DNA of 64,000 bases from Tubulanus polymorphus. Its lineage: Eukaryota > Animalia > Nemertea. Positions 36,516 through 49,441 of this stretch are shown one piece after another. The stretch covers positions 15,136,655 through 15,200,654 of the forward strand of contig NC_134033.1 in assembly GCF_964204645.1 (NCBI RefSeq), written 5' to 3'. The notes beneath the pieces were generated by a model, which saw nothing but the letters and a program-made list of their open reading frames with translations, searched no databases and was not told the DNA's origin. Every line of letters starts with the position of its first letter. Position 1 is the stretch's first letter. The position numbers and the translations under genes were made by a program.

Positions 36516-38322
36516 GTTCACGTGATGGAAAACTGAAATCTGATTGGATCCGTAAATTCCGCGGAAGGTGGCGGACGGGCAAAACCTGTCCCATATTGAC
36601 CGCCAACCAGTCTAGGGCAGAAAACTTCTTTTCTGTTCTTTTGCTTACTGAAATATTCAAATCTTATATAGAATTTTCTCTATCTCTGTGCATAATTTTT
36701 GTATTCCTCAAAATAAATTTAGCATCAGATTGGAATTTCTGTAATAGCGGCAGTAAACAGTTTCGTTCACTGGGTGTATTCTGATAGCTAATCTGTTAAT
36801 CACGCTGGTTGCGCTAACTGCTCGTAATGTTTTATACAAATAAAGAAAATCAATTTTACTCGTGCCACATTTTCTATATGAGTTAGAATGATATTTCTGA
36901 AGTAAATCATTATTTTTTCTTAGGTATAATTTAATGAATGTGACAACAGTGAAGGCCTTGAATGGTCTCACCGAATGTTTCCGTACGGAGTTTCACGGGG
37001 CGGTAAGCAGAAGCTTTTTTTGTAAAATCACTTTTATTTCATCGAAGTCGACATTGTCAGTTCATTGAGAGTAGTAATATAGTTAAGCAGTGAATTGAGT
37101 TTATTAGTTTTGGTTTCGATATTTGCGTTAAATTCTATTTTGGAGGTAATAATAGGGCAGAATCATCCTCCCGTATGAACGCCTTCTACCGTCTATACGA
37201 CGTCACGCGTAGCCGCGTATGACATTAAACTTGTCACGCAAAGGATAGTCTAATTAGAGGCAGTGACGTCACACGAATTGTCCACAGGTGTCTGGACATT
37301 AAACTGTAGTTGACCTTCTCAATAATCTGCTTGTACTAGATGTCCATTAGGACACAGTGCTATCAGAACACACGATGCCTCTTTTTTGTACGAAACCAGT
37401 GATTAATGAGATTAACCATTTACGCCTTTCATTAAGTTTGGTCTTTTAAGTTTATTTCCATAACGTTGGACTAAAACTTCCATCAGTTATAAATCTGTAA
37501 TTCATATTGAATTTACAACGACCGCTCTTTTTGATTCTTCCAATTCTTTTATATCATCATCAACACTTCGTAATCACAAGGATCCCAAACTTCGCCTGAG
37601 ACATTTTCATTGGAAAATAAACCATAAACGCCAACATGGTTTAGTTTGAAATGTGTGACTTGAATTGATTAGAAATGTTTATTATATTTGAGTAACATTT
37701 CGCCTTATGACTTTTAGCCATCATCAGGCGTACTTGATGAATTTTTTTTCAGAGTTTTTATGTACGCCAATTTTTATAAGGCATTCATCGACAAGTTGAT
37801 GCTAACAATACACGGAAGAAGAAGAATTGTTGTCCTCATTGAAAACATTAAGTAATCAATAGCAATAAAATGCACCAAAAACTCGATTCGACTTTTTCTA
37901 GAAACTGGATCAAAATAAGCAATGTTATCAGAAAACTATCAAAAACTGGTTATCCAAACTTCACGCAGCAATTGTGAATGAACAGTGGTGATTCTAGACT
38001 ACAGATTGCCTGTACGGGATATAATAATAGTTGAATGATGAATAATAAATGGCTACATTGATAGCAAGGACGGATCCAGGATTTTCTTAGTGGGGCTCTG
38101 CTGGTCATCAGCCGAAGAAAATCTTGAAATTAGTTTAATTGTCCATGAGCGTTTTAAGGCACTGCTAAATCATCTTATATATTCAAAATGTATCTTGTAT
38201 TCTGAAATATAGCGTTGAAACATTGAAAATGAATAATACAAAGGATATTTTCCTTAGGGGGTTACAGCACCCAAAGCACCCTTGGATCTGTGATGGATAC
38301 TATATTTCAGGTAAACTGTTAA

Positions 38323-38507
38323 CCCTTTCAGTGCCCTGACTATTAAATACCCCATTGGCTGGAGATAATTTGAAAATCTTTGAATTTAGTGTGTGTACAC
38401 CGCAAAGCGATGTATCATTAGTTACTGATATTGCACTGTTTTAATAGAGATAAAATCTAAATACTAATAACAATACACCGCACTGCGGTGTAGATGCACT
38501 GAAAGAG
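38323..38507 (+). mobile_element. piggyBac-type MITE copy (internally deleted)
   Basis: TTAA-ccctttcagtgc...gcactgaaagag-TTAA. Confidence 0.85.
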
Positions 38508-39230
38508 TTAATTAAACCAATAACTGTGAAAACCTGAAGCAAACAATGCGTTTACTTGATCCACTGAGAATCAGTTAAACGTGAGAGCATCATTTCTAGA
38601 CATTTCTAAACAGTTATAATTAAACAATACACCGCACTGTGGTGTAGAGGCACCGAAAGAGTTAAACCAATAACTGTGAAAACCTGAAGCAAACAATATG
38701 TTTACTTGATCCACTGAGAATCAGTTAAACGTGAGAGCATCATTTCTAGACATTTCTAAACAGTTATAATTAAATAATACACCGCACTGCGGTGAAGAGG
38801 CACTGAATGAGTTAAACCAATAACTGTGAAAACCTGAAGCAAACAATATGTTTACTTGATCCACTGAGAATCAGTTAAATGTGAGAGCATCATTTCTAGA
38901 CATTTCTAAACAGTTATAATTAAACAATACACCGCACTGCGGTGTAGAGGCATTGAATGAGTTAATTAAACCAATAACTGTGAAAACCTGAAGCAAACAA
39001 TATGTTTACTTGATCCACTGAGAATCAGTTAAATGTGAGAGCATCATTTCTAGACATTTCTAAACAGTTATAATTAAACAATACACCGCACTGCGGTGTA
39101 GAGGCATTGAATGAGTTAATTAAACCAATAACTGTGAAAACCTGAAGCAAACAATGCGTTTACTTGATCCACTGAGAATCAGTTAAACGGGAGAGCATCA
39201 TTTCTAGACATTTCTAAACAGTTAGAATTA
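38471..39230. repeat. ~152-bp tandem repeat x5 made of the MITE right end plus flanking DNA
   Basis: Units start near 38471, 38625, 38776, 38925 and 39079 (aatacaccgcactgcggtgtag...). Confidence 0.95.
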
Positions 39231-39235
39231 ATAAA

Positions 39236-40470
39236 TCAACTGCGTTTGAAACAATAACCTATTTTATTCACGATCAAAGTCATCGCCGTTCGTCTAAATC
39301 GATCGTGCACCAAACAATAAATGAAAAAATTCGCCGACGAGTCCGAAATCGGGAACAACTCGGCGAAAAACCTCTGCGCGTTTTTCGTCGCTCCGTAGTG
39401 TCGTATTTTCGGTAAATCGACGAAAAGTCCGAGAAATTTTTGATAACTTTGAAACGAACTCGGAAATTCGAAAACCAGAAAAATAACCGAAACGGCGACT
39501 GTCAAACGAACGGCTTTCACCGAATCTACAAATTCGGAATTCGACATCAATTTTTTTCGATTTCGCGAAATTTGGCGAACTTTTCCGACGATGTAGATAT
39601 TTAAAACGATGAGAATCGTGAACGGTAAAACTTCTTTAATCGCCGGACTCAAATAGATGGAAGTCACGGATTTCCATCGGTCCCATACGTTAAACGTATG
39701 CAGTAGACCTCTAACGGGTCGACCGGTGCAGACGTCGTATCCGGTGACGTCCGTATAATGAGCGAGACCGTAAACATGCGGCAGATAAACGCACGACGTT
39801 ATCACCGACGTTACGATATTCGCGTATAAAATTCGTAGTTTCGTGATTTTGGTGCGCGCGTAAAACGGGAACGCGAGCGATAAGAATCTCTCTACGCTGA
39901 TTAAAACGGTCAGCCAGTTACGCGACACGTGCGTCGCGTAGCGTAGAAAATCGATCGACAAATATATATCCGGTCGTAAGTAGATGATCTCTTCCGGGTA
40001 GTCACGGTAACGCGGATATAGACGGACCTTCTGCCGGAAGACGAAGTCGCCCTCGATGACCCAGCCGACCCAGTAACGCAGCGGTTCGCGTATACCGCGA
40101 CTTATCAAAAATGCGATATCTGTGTACGCTAGATATATGAGCAGTTGAATAGACACGGAAATTAACGGTTGATTTCGTAAAATAATTATGTTGAAAATGT
40201 TCAACACGATTCCGATTAAAGTTATGGAGGTTCCGCCGGCGAGTTTAACGACAGCCATGAACAGTCCATCGGTGCTGTACGAACAGTCGACCGGTATCTG
40301 CGACGTCAGAGTGGAATTGACTGAATCCGTCTGCTTCGAGAAATCCGTCTGTAGCTGCGTGGAATCGGTCTGCTGTAGGGATTCCGTTGTGATATTCGTC
40401 TGGCGTGTAAATTCTGTCCGCTCTGTGATACCTCTTTCACGAACAAGCTCATAATTGCCATCAATCTTAT
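39236..40470 (-). CDS. Class A (rhodopsin-like) GPCR, FMRFamide-receptor-like / srw-type invertebrate group; main coding exon
   Basis: Seven hydrophobic segments; LAxxD (LAYTD), SRNWLTVLISVERF, FEFP and SANFFIY motifs. The frame stays open 76 codons upstream of ATG 40258 (S/T-rich, NIT and NST sequons); probable acceptor at 40471-40473. Confidence 0.92.
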
Positions 40471-40486
40471 CTAGAATTTCATATCG

Positions 40487-40568
<82 letters not shown>

Positions 40569-41157
40569 CATCGTTTAAACCAGTATTTAATTGGCTTCGA
40601 TCGAATGTTAATATCTAAGTATCAGTTTCGCGCGAAAATCGACGGTCCAAAAAGTTGTGTTTAATGAGAAAAGTGTAAATTGAACCTTGCATCCCAAATT
40701 TGGCTCGTGCCAAATCGTCTCCGTGTGATCGCGGCTCGTCTTTCTCTATATATTGTCACAAAACGGACATAGTGTTTCACTGTTATTGCTGTGAGGGGTC
40801 CGCTGTTTGTAGTTCATTTTCAATAAACATGTCCTGAGTTCATGTATGAATGATCAGGTTCTGAAAGTCTGCTGATTAAAGGTCTCATGTCCGGTGTTTG
40901 TAGTTTATTCTCAATAAAAAATGTCTCCAATCAAGCCCTGATATATCAATGACTACACGTCCTCTCAAAAAAGTCCATCAAAATTTATCAAAAATAAAAT
41001 AAGAGTTACGAAATATATTTATTTACAAAATTAATGCCAAAATTCACTGTAATTGTTATTTTGAAACATCAATATTGATGACATGTTGCGCATCGACTCA
41101 TACAGAACCCCTCATATAACGCATAATAGGTATCTGTAACGGTTTATACAGCATCAA

Positions 41158-41427
41158 CATAGGCGTCCCCAAGGGAGGGGGTTGTGGGGTGGGGGGGGGG
41201 GTTAGCTAACTTCTCAAGTTACTATGTAATCAAAGTTCAAGATTTTTCTTGCCAATTTGACTAGTCTTTTAACTCTAAATGATTCATTTAGAGCCTGGAA
41301 AACGTCTCTGGCCTCCAATTTTCAAAAAGTTTTTTGGGGGGAGGCCCACCAAACATCAGACATTGTGCTTGGATGCTGGATTGATGCTTATTCGAACCCC
41401 CTGTAAAAATTCCTGGGGACGCCTTTG
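41158..41427. mobile_element. MITE with a 5-bp TSD (hAT5-like)
   Basis: cataggcgtcccca / tggggacgcctttg; TSD atcaa at 41153-41157 and 41428-41432. Confidence 0.75.
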
Positions 41428-42448
41428 ATCAAAAATATTTTCGTCTTTTTGAACGTTGCCGCCAAATTTCCGTGCAATAGGCTGCTATACAGCACTGCCC
41501 TCTGGATTCGGTACGGTAAACTATATAAACGTAATAACGTCCGTGTATGAGTACTATTAAGAGCAGCGTGACACCACTGCACACACACACACAAACACAC
41601 ACTACAAACACTGTGTCACTATCTATAGCAAAGGATTATAAATAAATATGACAGTGACGTTTTTATTATAAGGTAAGCACCGATAAGCGACACTCTTAGC
41701 CTAACGATTTCCAATTTCAGTTTTATCAAATCTCTTTGAAGTATAGATTGTATATATAAATGTATAAATATATGAATATATATATTTCTATGATGAAAGT
41801 ATTCGTCATTATTCTGTCAAAAGTTTTTTCTGGCAATTATCAGTCCCTTGTTCCATTTAGCGTTGTAAGATGAATTTGATTAGGGTCCTAAATAGTTAAT
41901 CTTTCACATGATTTATCTTGAGAAAACATGATTTTTTTCAAATTCAAACGTAAATTTTTTTCGATATAGATAAGTTTGTGTCGGAGAATTCTATTCTATC
42001 ATCTATATGAAATACAGTTAAAGTCTGCCAGTTAAATAATGCCATAGCTTACTTAAGACCGACATCGTTCAGAGAAATTTTGTTCGATCTAAACTCAATT
42101 TCGATGTAACTACCATCCTTTATAACACCGTCAATTTCATCGTAACGCTGTATTTTTCTATCAGTCCCAACGGTGGCGCGAACGACATTCACCGTACATC
42201 AAGGTCGACGTTTTCGAACTTTGTTTTCACTTCACTCGATAATTGACGACGATCTCGGTGTAATTGCTACGACTTGTGCTGTTAGTAAATTGAATCGCAA
42301 ATACGGGAATCGGGGACATAAAAATCGTGACACGCAGTTAAAACGCCGACTTATCCGGCGACGACTTAACCGAGTTTGAACGTATTTTGATAAATACGTT
42401 CGATATTAAATGACCTTCATTAAACACGTACTTGCCGATGATATACAT

Positions 42449-42518
<70 letters not shown>

Positions 42519-42740
42519 CATGTATAGCATCAGTAAAGTCATCGCCAGATAAGTCGGCGTATTAACTGAGTGTCGTGGTTTTTTGTCCCCGATATATATA
42601 TATATATATATATCCATATATAGGCCGAATAACCGGTATTTGTAATAACTACATATACGACATTCGTTCATTCATTCTATAGTTGCACATTTCCGGATTT
42701 TTTATTTTTTATTCGCGGCGGAACATAAATACGTAACGAC

Positions 42741-42891
42741 TCAGTTAGTCGTGTTTGATGCCTGCGTCTGCGATTTATCCGCGTTGAATTATTAATATCT
42801 TTTTTGATGAATCGAGTTTGTGGTTTTGTTTTTACGGTTCGGTCAGCTGTCAAACCCGAACCGTTTGAGTTTCCGTTTCGTTCGAAGGCAG
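42741..42891 (+). other. Possible non-coding first exon (perhaps of the NHE gene)
   Basis: TCAGTT initiator-like motif at 42741, CpG-rich context, donor cag|gtgacg at 42892; the NHE ATG exon has an upstream acceptor, so an upstream exon is needed. Confidence 0.3.
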
Positions 42892-43059
42892 GTGACGCGA
42901 TCTGCTGCTTATGATATTCGATGCTTTATCGCTGTTCTTTCATATTTTTATCGTCGCGGGCAACATGTGTTCGGAGAACCTCGGTCGAGATGTTTTTTTT
43001 AAACTGAAAACGTTGGAAAAACGCCTGACATTAAAGACATTTACTTTTAAAAACCGATC

Positions 43060-43500
43060 GGTCGCATTTCACACGTGTTCAGAATTTCACCCGAGACATT
43101 TATCAGCCTACTTTAAAAAACAATTGATCGCCCACACTTCACATGTGTTCAGTTCTTCACCTGAGACATTTTTCAAAAATGTTTCTGGTGATTAAAAATT
43201 TCAATTGAAAACCAAATACAAACACCAAACGTACGTCATTTCATCACAGCACATTCAAAAACCGATCATCCACACTTCACATGTGTTCAGTGCTTCACGT
43301 GAGACATTTTTAATTGAAAATGAACTACAAACAACAGATATTAGACATTTTATCAGATCACCTTTAAAAAACTGATCGTCCACACTTCACATGTGTTCCG
43401 AACTTCACCTGAGACATTTTTAATTGAAAATGAACTACAAACAACAGACATTAGACATTTTATCAGATCACCTTTAAAAAACTAATCGTCCACACTTAAC
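43060..43500. repeat. ~118-bp degenerate tandem repeat
   Basis: ccacacttcacatgtgttc...gagacattttt repeated. Confidence 0.85.
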
Positions 43501-43829
43501 CCTATTTAAGTGAATTATCTAAAGGGCTATAGCTAGCATCATGATTGAACCTGTCGATGTTTACTCTGTTCATAATATCTCTGCATATAATACACCATAA
43601 AACATGTTACATATATAAACCGTTGTACTAGCAGATATTTCAATAAATCATACATTATTCCGCGGTTATTATCATTGGCTGAAGATACTTTCTATAGGAT
43701 CTAATGCCATAATGTCTGCTGCGTGTATCGTAGATTGGGGGGACGTAAGATACCTGAATGTAGGTAAAATCCCCCCCCCCCCGGTAAAATCCCACAAGGT
43801 AAAAAATCTACCCAGGTAAAATCCCACAA

Positions 43830-43989
43830 GGGGTCATTCATTTATTACGTACGCATTAGGGGAGGGGAGAGGGGTCAGTGCAATTGCGTACTGTAATGCT
43901 TAATGTATATGAAATAATGGCCAATTTTGCGTACAGAGGGGGGGTTGAAAAATTCAAATTTTATGCGTACGTAATAAATGAATGATCCC
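43830..43989. mobile_element. PIF/Harbinger-like MITE; decayed copy at ~46521-46665
   Basis: 26-bp TIR ggggtcattcatttattacgtacgca; TSD caa; an empty-site version of the target (cccacaaggtaaaaaatctaccc) lies at 43791. Confidence 0.85.
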
Positions 43990-45511
43990 CAAGGTAAAAA
44001 ATCTACCCAGATAAAAATCCTCCTGGTCTTTATAGAACACTCCTAGTGGTCACTACCCGGTAATAGAAAAATACAGTTTAAAAGTGATGCTAAAATATTT
44101 ATGTTCTTGTATTCCTGAATATACTTGTAAAAAGTTTTACCTATTTTGATGGAAAAGTGAATACGGAGGGATTTTTACCTGTTACCAAAAAACCCATGTG
44201 ATTGCTACGACAAATTCAAAAATGTTTGTTTTCGTTATTTTGACCCCCATATCTATTTCATACTTTTTATCAACCCCTAGACGCTTCGCAAATATTCCAT
44301 ACCAGACATTGATCCATGTTGTGAAAGTCATTTGCATGTCTATGAAATTTCATCGTAATTCTAGAAGTTCGAATCATCGGTGAAACCTGTCTGTAAAACT
44401 TACACGTTTTGAAATGTGATCTTCATCGCAGACTGCGCCCGATAAAAATGTACTTTGTTTGAAATTTCTATAACTGCGCATTTAGAAAAAATGCACTTTA
44501 TTTACAATTTTGATATCGGACTAAAATCGTCTTCTGTGGTGCAGGTTTAGTTCAGTAGAATGTAGTATTAAGTGGGGTATTGTGTCTTAGTTCCAGGGTA
44601 CTTACAGATCAGTGATGATCAGGGAATTCCGGATCTATTTTTCCTGTAGTGAAAATAAGGAAATTCAGTCTTTTTTCTTGATAATCGTCTCTTTCTTGCT
44701 GGTGACGAGTGGCACAAGGAACCTCCTGATATGAAACAGCCCCCACTGAGGATATCTTTTGATTGAATTTTTTGTGTCTTGTTCTTGTTGGTGACGAGTG
44801 GCACAAGCAACCTCTTCATAAGAAACATTGAGGAGATCTTATAAAATTTAATCAGGGAGTTTGCATTGTTGGTGTCTTGATGTTCTTGCTGGTGACGAGT
44901 GGCACAAGGTTACTCTTGGTAAGAAACAGCCCCCACTGAGAATATCTTATAATTCAATCAGGGAATATTTGGTCAATGGTCGGGGAAATATCAGGGAATT
45001 TTGGATTCCCTGATCTGTAACAACTTTGTAGTTCAATTTCTACAGTCGAGCAATTTATTCTTAGGAGGAATGCGAAAGTACTTAATGCACATCGTCCTAT
45101 ACCTTACAAAGTACCCTGGAACTAGCTACAAAGTGAAATTGATGGTTTTAAACTTACGCACAATTCGAAATAACATATACAAGATGCTTTCGCTGTGTCT
45201 ACGGAACTTTTACATGTAATAAGGTTCTTAAGTTACTCGTCTCAGATATTGTTTTGTCTGATTATTTATATTAGACGCCTCCGGGGAAATATATGTAACT
45301 ATATTTGATGTGAAACAACAGTAAAATTTATGACTATAGATAAGATATAGATCAGTATACAGTGAAAAGCGGCACATTAATGAAAAACTAGGGAGAAACT
45401 TCAGACATAAATTCAGATTGGCCTTTGATTTAGCACATAGTAACATTTTAAGGGTTATTTGATCCCTATAACTCTGCCCATGAGACTGCTATGCCCATGG
45501 ATACCTAGTTT

Positions 45512-45990
<479 letters not shown>

Positions 45991-47234
45991 ACCTCATTTC
46001 TGATGATAAACATCCTCCCCGTAGAAGAAGAATTTGTGTTGTAGAATTCTTTAATGTTTTTAGAAAAAATAAATACATTCATTTATTATTTATATATGAA
46101 TAAAGTGCACGTGTAATGTTTATATGAGTAGGAGGCAAATAAATCATCGCGTTCTTTAGTAGAAATTCCTCGGTTCTCGGCAGAATTTATTACTTTTATT
46201 ATCATCATTCATGATATTGTTTTTTGCGGGAGACAAAAATCTACATAAATAAGTAATGTATATTTTACTGTTTATTTTTGTGTTGCATAAATAATTAATA
46301 CACGCCTGTGTCTTGTTTTAGATTATATATTTCTATTTCGAGCTGAGTTTCTAAGCCTTGAACTTCCAGTAGGCCTTGAACAGTGACATCTGTTGTACAC
46401 TCTCCTTTTGCAGCGGTCTATCTCCAGAGCATTAACCGCATTTCAGATATAATGTTCTTACAATTTCAAGGCTTAGATTTAAGACCAGCCCATGACCATC
46501 ATATATAATCCAAAAACTACAGGGTCATTCATTTATTACATAAACATTAGGAGAGGAATAAGTGAAATTGTGTATTGTAATGCTTAATGTATTTGGAAAA
46601 ATGGTAGATTTTGCGTACAGGGGCTTTTGAAAAAATTCAATTTTTTGCGTGCGTTATGATCCTACAGTCAACTGGCCCGTTACCCAGCCAAAATCCTAAA
46701 TCAATGATGTAATCCATGTAACAACTTAAGACCAGTCATATGACCCATGGCTTACCCTTAGCCTTTTAGCTGCATAAACAGGCTGTTTCCGTAGGCAAGT
46801 GAGTGTCTAATACTATTTGAAGTAAGCCGCTAAACCACGGTTAGGCTAGCGGGATTGTCCTACGCCCAATATTCCTATAAACCAGCATCGGAGAAATATG
46901 ATTGAATTCATCGGTTGAAGGTTTAACTTTCACGTCTGCATATAGAACCAGTGTGAATTTGATTAAAGCGATGTTTGAGTTTATTTCGCCATTCATTCCA
47001 ATTTCAGTTATTCGTACGGTTTATTGAAATTCCCGATAAAACTGATTATTTGTCGTCAAACAGTACATTTCGAAGTATTTACCTCGCTCCGTCCTCGGAA
47101 CTGCGAATAACAAACAGTCCGACAGTTGGCTCGTCCGGGAAAATCCAATAATAAAACTGTTTCCTTGCGGTGTTTGTTTTGCTGCTACTGTCATAAAAAA
47201 TTGCTTCCTTAAATTGGATTTTCTGGTCCTGCAA

Positions 47235-47327
47235 GGTTATGTACGTCCCGTGAGGTTATGTACGTCCCGTGAGGTTATGTACGTCCCGCGAGGTTATGTA
47301 CGTCCCGTTAGGTTATGTACGTCCCGT
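47235..47327. repeat. 19-bp minisatellite x5
   Basis: aggttatgtacgtcccgtg. Confidence 0.95.
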
Positions 47328-49082
47328 AAGCCATTTTGATTCCACCGCCTACATCGGAATTCGCGGGAGGCAGGAAGTGAATTCCGGTGAGCTTTGAGCA
47401 ACAACTATATCTGCCATTCATCTGTATAGCTTAAGTCAACAGCTTGAAAATGATGGCAGATATCCTGCATGACCCTTTTTGCTGGAAGAGTGCCCTTTTC
47501 TGTTGGCGCTGTGGTTCGAAGTCAGCCCTGGGTCCGCCCTGTTAAGACAAGAAATTCACCTATCAAATCTACCTATCAAATAAATAAAAAGGACAATCCC
47601 GTGTTTCAAGATGAAAAAGAAAAAAAATTAAAAGGCAGATCTGAAAAGTGCGTGTGAAATGAATAAGACAGTGAAACTGATGAGACATTAGAAACTAGAC
47701 CTTCGTAACAGCTCGATAAAATAGAGCTGAACGTGTGCTGCAAGTGTGTAACCCGACTACCCGTTTTATTTCTCTGTTTATCGACAATTTTAATGCAAAT
47801 TTCCTGTTTTACGCTGACGCTGCACGAAACGAATACGAGTTCAATTTGTTTTCAGTTTTAAAAAGCCTTAAACATTTAAACGCTAACAAACACGCGTGTA
47901 GCCTAATGCTTCTGCTGAATTTTGATTTTGTCGAAGACTTCTATGTATATTTACGGAAATACAATGATTTCCAATGAACTCAGTACAGAAGCCTTGAGCA
48001 GAAAATGCAGTTATTTCGATTATGTTTAATGAATGTTTTAAGTTTCGCTGTGTAAATAAACCTCAGGGTATCACTGTTATATTCATAGAGTACGTCATTG
48101 ATTCTAGAGAGAACTGTATTAAAGCAAGGTTTTCATCATAATAGAGAGATATACCAAATAGGGATCATTCATAATATACACTGTATAAGCGTTTCAGCCC
48201 CAGGTCAAGCAGCCTGAATGGTGTCAAATTGATCCTTGCTTAGCAAGATAAAAACCCACTATATGCAGATAAAATGTTTTAAAATCAAGAATTTATTCAA
48301 TCAAAAATATTCTAAAAAACACGGCATTTTGATCTCACACGAGAGATCATCGCCAGGTGGGTAATAATGATAATGATAATGTTTCAGAATTGGCCTCTGG
48401 ATCCCGGCCCTGTGCGTGCTGGGTTCGTAAATGACACGCTTAATCGAATCGACAAAATAAAATCCGTGCTTCTCTCACATGGGCCCAAATATGGCCCGAC
48501 CGTAATTGTTTGACCATTGGGTGAAAGAAATTCTGAAAGTACATGAGACAGAGGAGGAAAGTTGAAGAGAGGAAATGGGAATGTAAAGGAGGGCGTGAAG
48601 GGAGAAAGTAAGGAAAGTGGGGAGGAAGGATAGGACGGAGAGAGAGACCTAAATCTGACAAGTGAATTAATCGCTGTATCAATGTATGCCGGACACGTTC
48701 GCCTAAGAGAATAATTGAAAGAATGAAGTATTTGACAATCATTAGCAAAATCTGTTTATATCTATGGTGCAGAGAAATACTGGTGCAATAGAGTTAGAAA
48801 GTAGAAGTTGTTGACCTGGGTTTTTTATTGTATTTAACCGTGTTTAACGTGTTGACTTTGTTATTTCTCCGAGTTGTTGAAATTCCCAATTTAACTCGAG
48901 ATCGATGAATATGAACTGAAGTATCTGTCAATTTGATTTGAATACAAGTTGTTCAAGCGATGATTGTTCGTCGAAGGATGTTACACAAAAATGTCAATCC
49001 TCCCCCTCACAGTTTTAGAAAATAAAATCTGTTCAGCTTAAAATGTTGACGCACAGTGCTACTTGTGGCAAGTGAGGATCAT

Positions 49083-49441
49083 CCACCAGGTGTAGCTAGT
49101 GTGCAGTCAGACATCCAACTACTGCGACAATAGAGGATTCCACTCGTGGCAAGTGAGGATCCACCAGGTGTCGATAGTGTTCAGTAGGACATCAACTACT
49201 ATGGCAATAAAGCTATATTCCGCTTATGGCAAGCGAGGACCCACCAGGGGGCGATAGTAGTTACTTGATTTCTGCTCTACAATTCCGATTAGAACCAACT
49301 TTTTCTTAATCAAGTAAATCAAAACTATACCAAACACCGAGAGTAGAAAATTAATCTTATCTTTTGTGGATGATATTTGATTCAGAAAAAATGAACTTGA
49401 ATACGTTAAACCTATAGACACTCAGCGGCGCCATCTGGTGG
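49083..49441. promoter_or_regulatory. Cluster of four CTCF-like motifs (three forward, one reverse)
   Basis: ccaccaggtgtagc 49083, ccaccaggtgtcga 49161, ccaccagggggcga 49241, reverse ccaccagatggcgc 49428-49441. Confidence 0.6.

Noticed and set aside
40188-40454. 88-aa plus-strand ORF
   Set aside because: Antisense shadow of the GPCR exon
14773-40737. Inverted agccgcgatcacacggagacga termini 26 kb apart, suggesting a giant transposon
   Set aside because: It would enclose the essential first exons of dlg1; no TSD seen; a third related end at ~54170 indicates dispersed MITE fragments
47407-47463. atatctgccat...atggcagatat hairpin as a pre-miRNA
   Set aside because: Only ~11-14 bp of stem with a large unpaired centre
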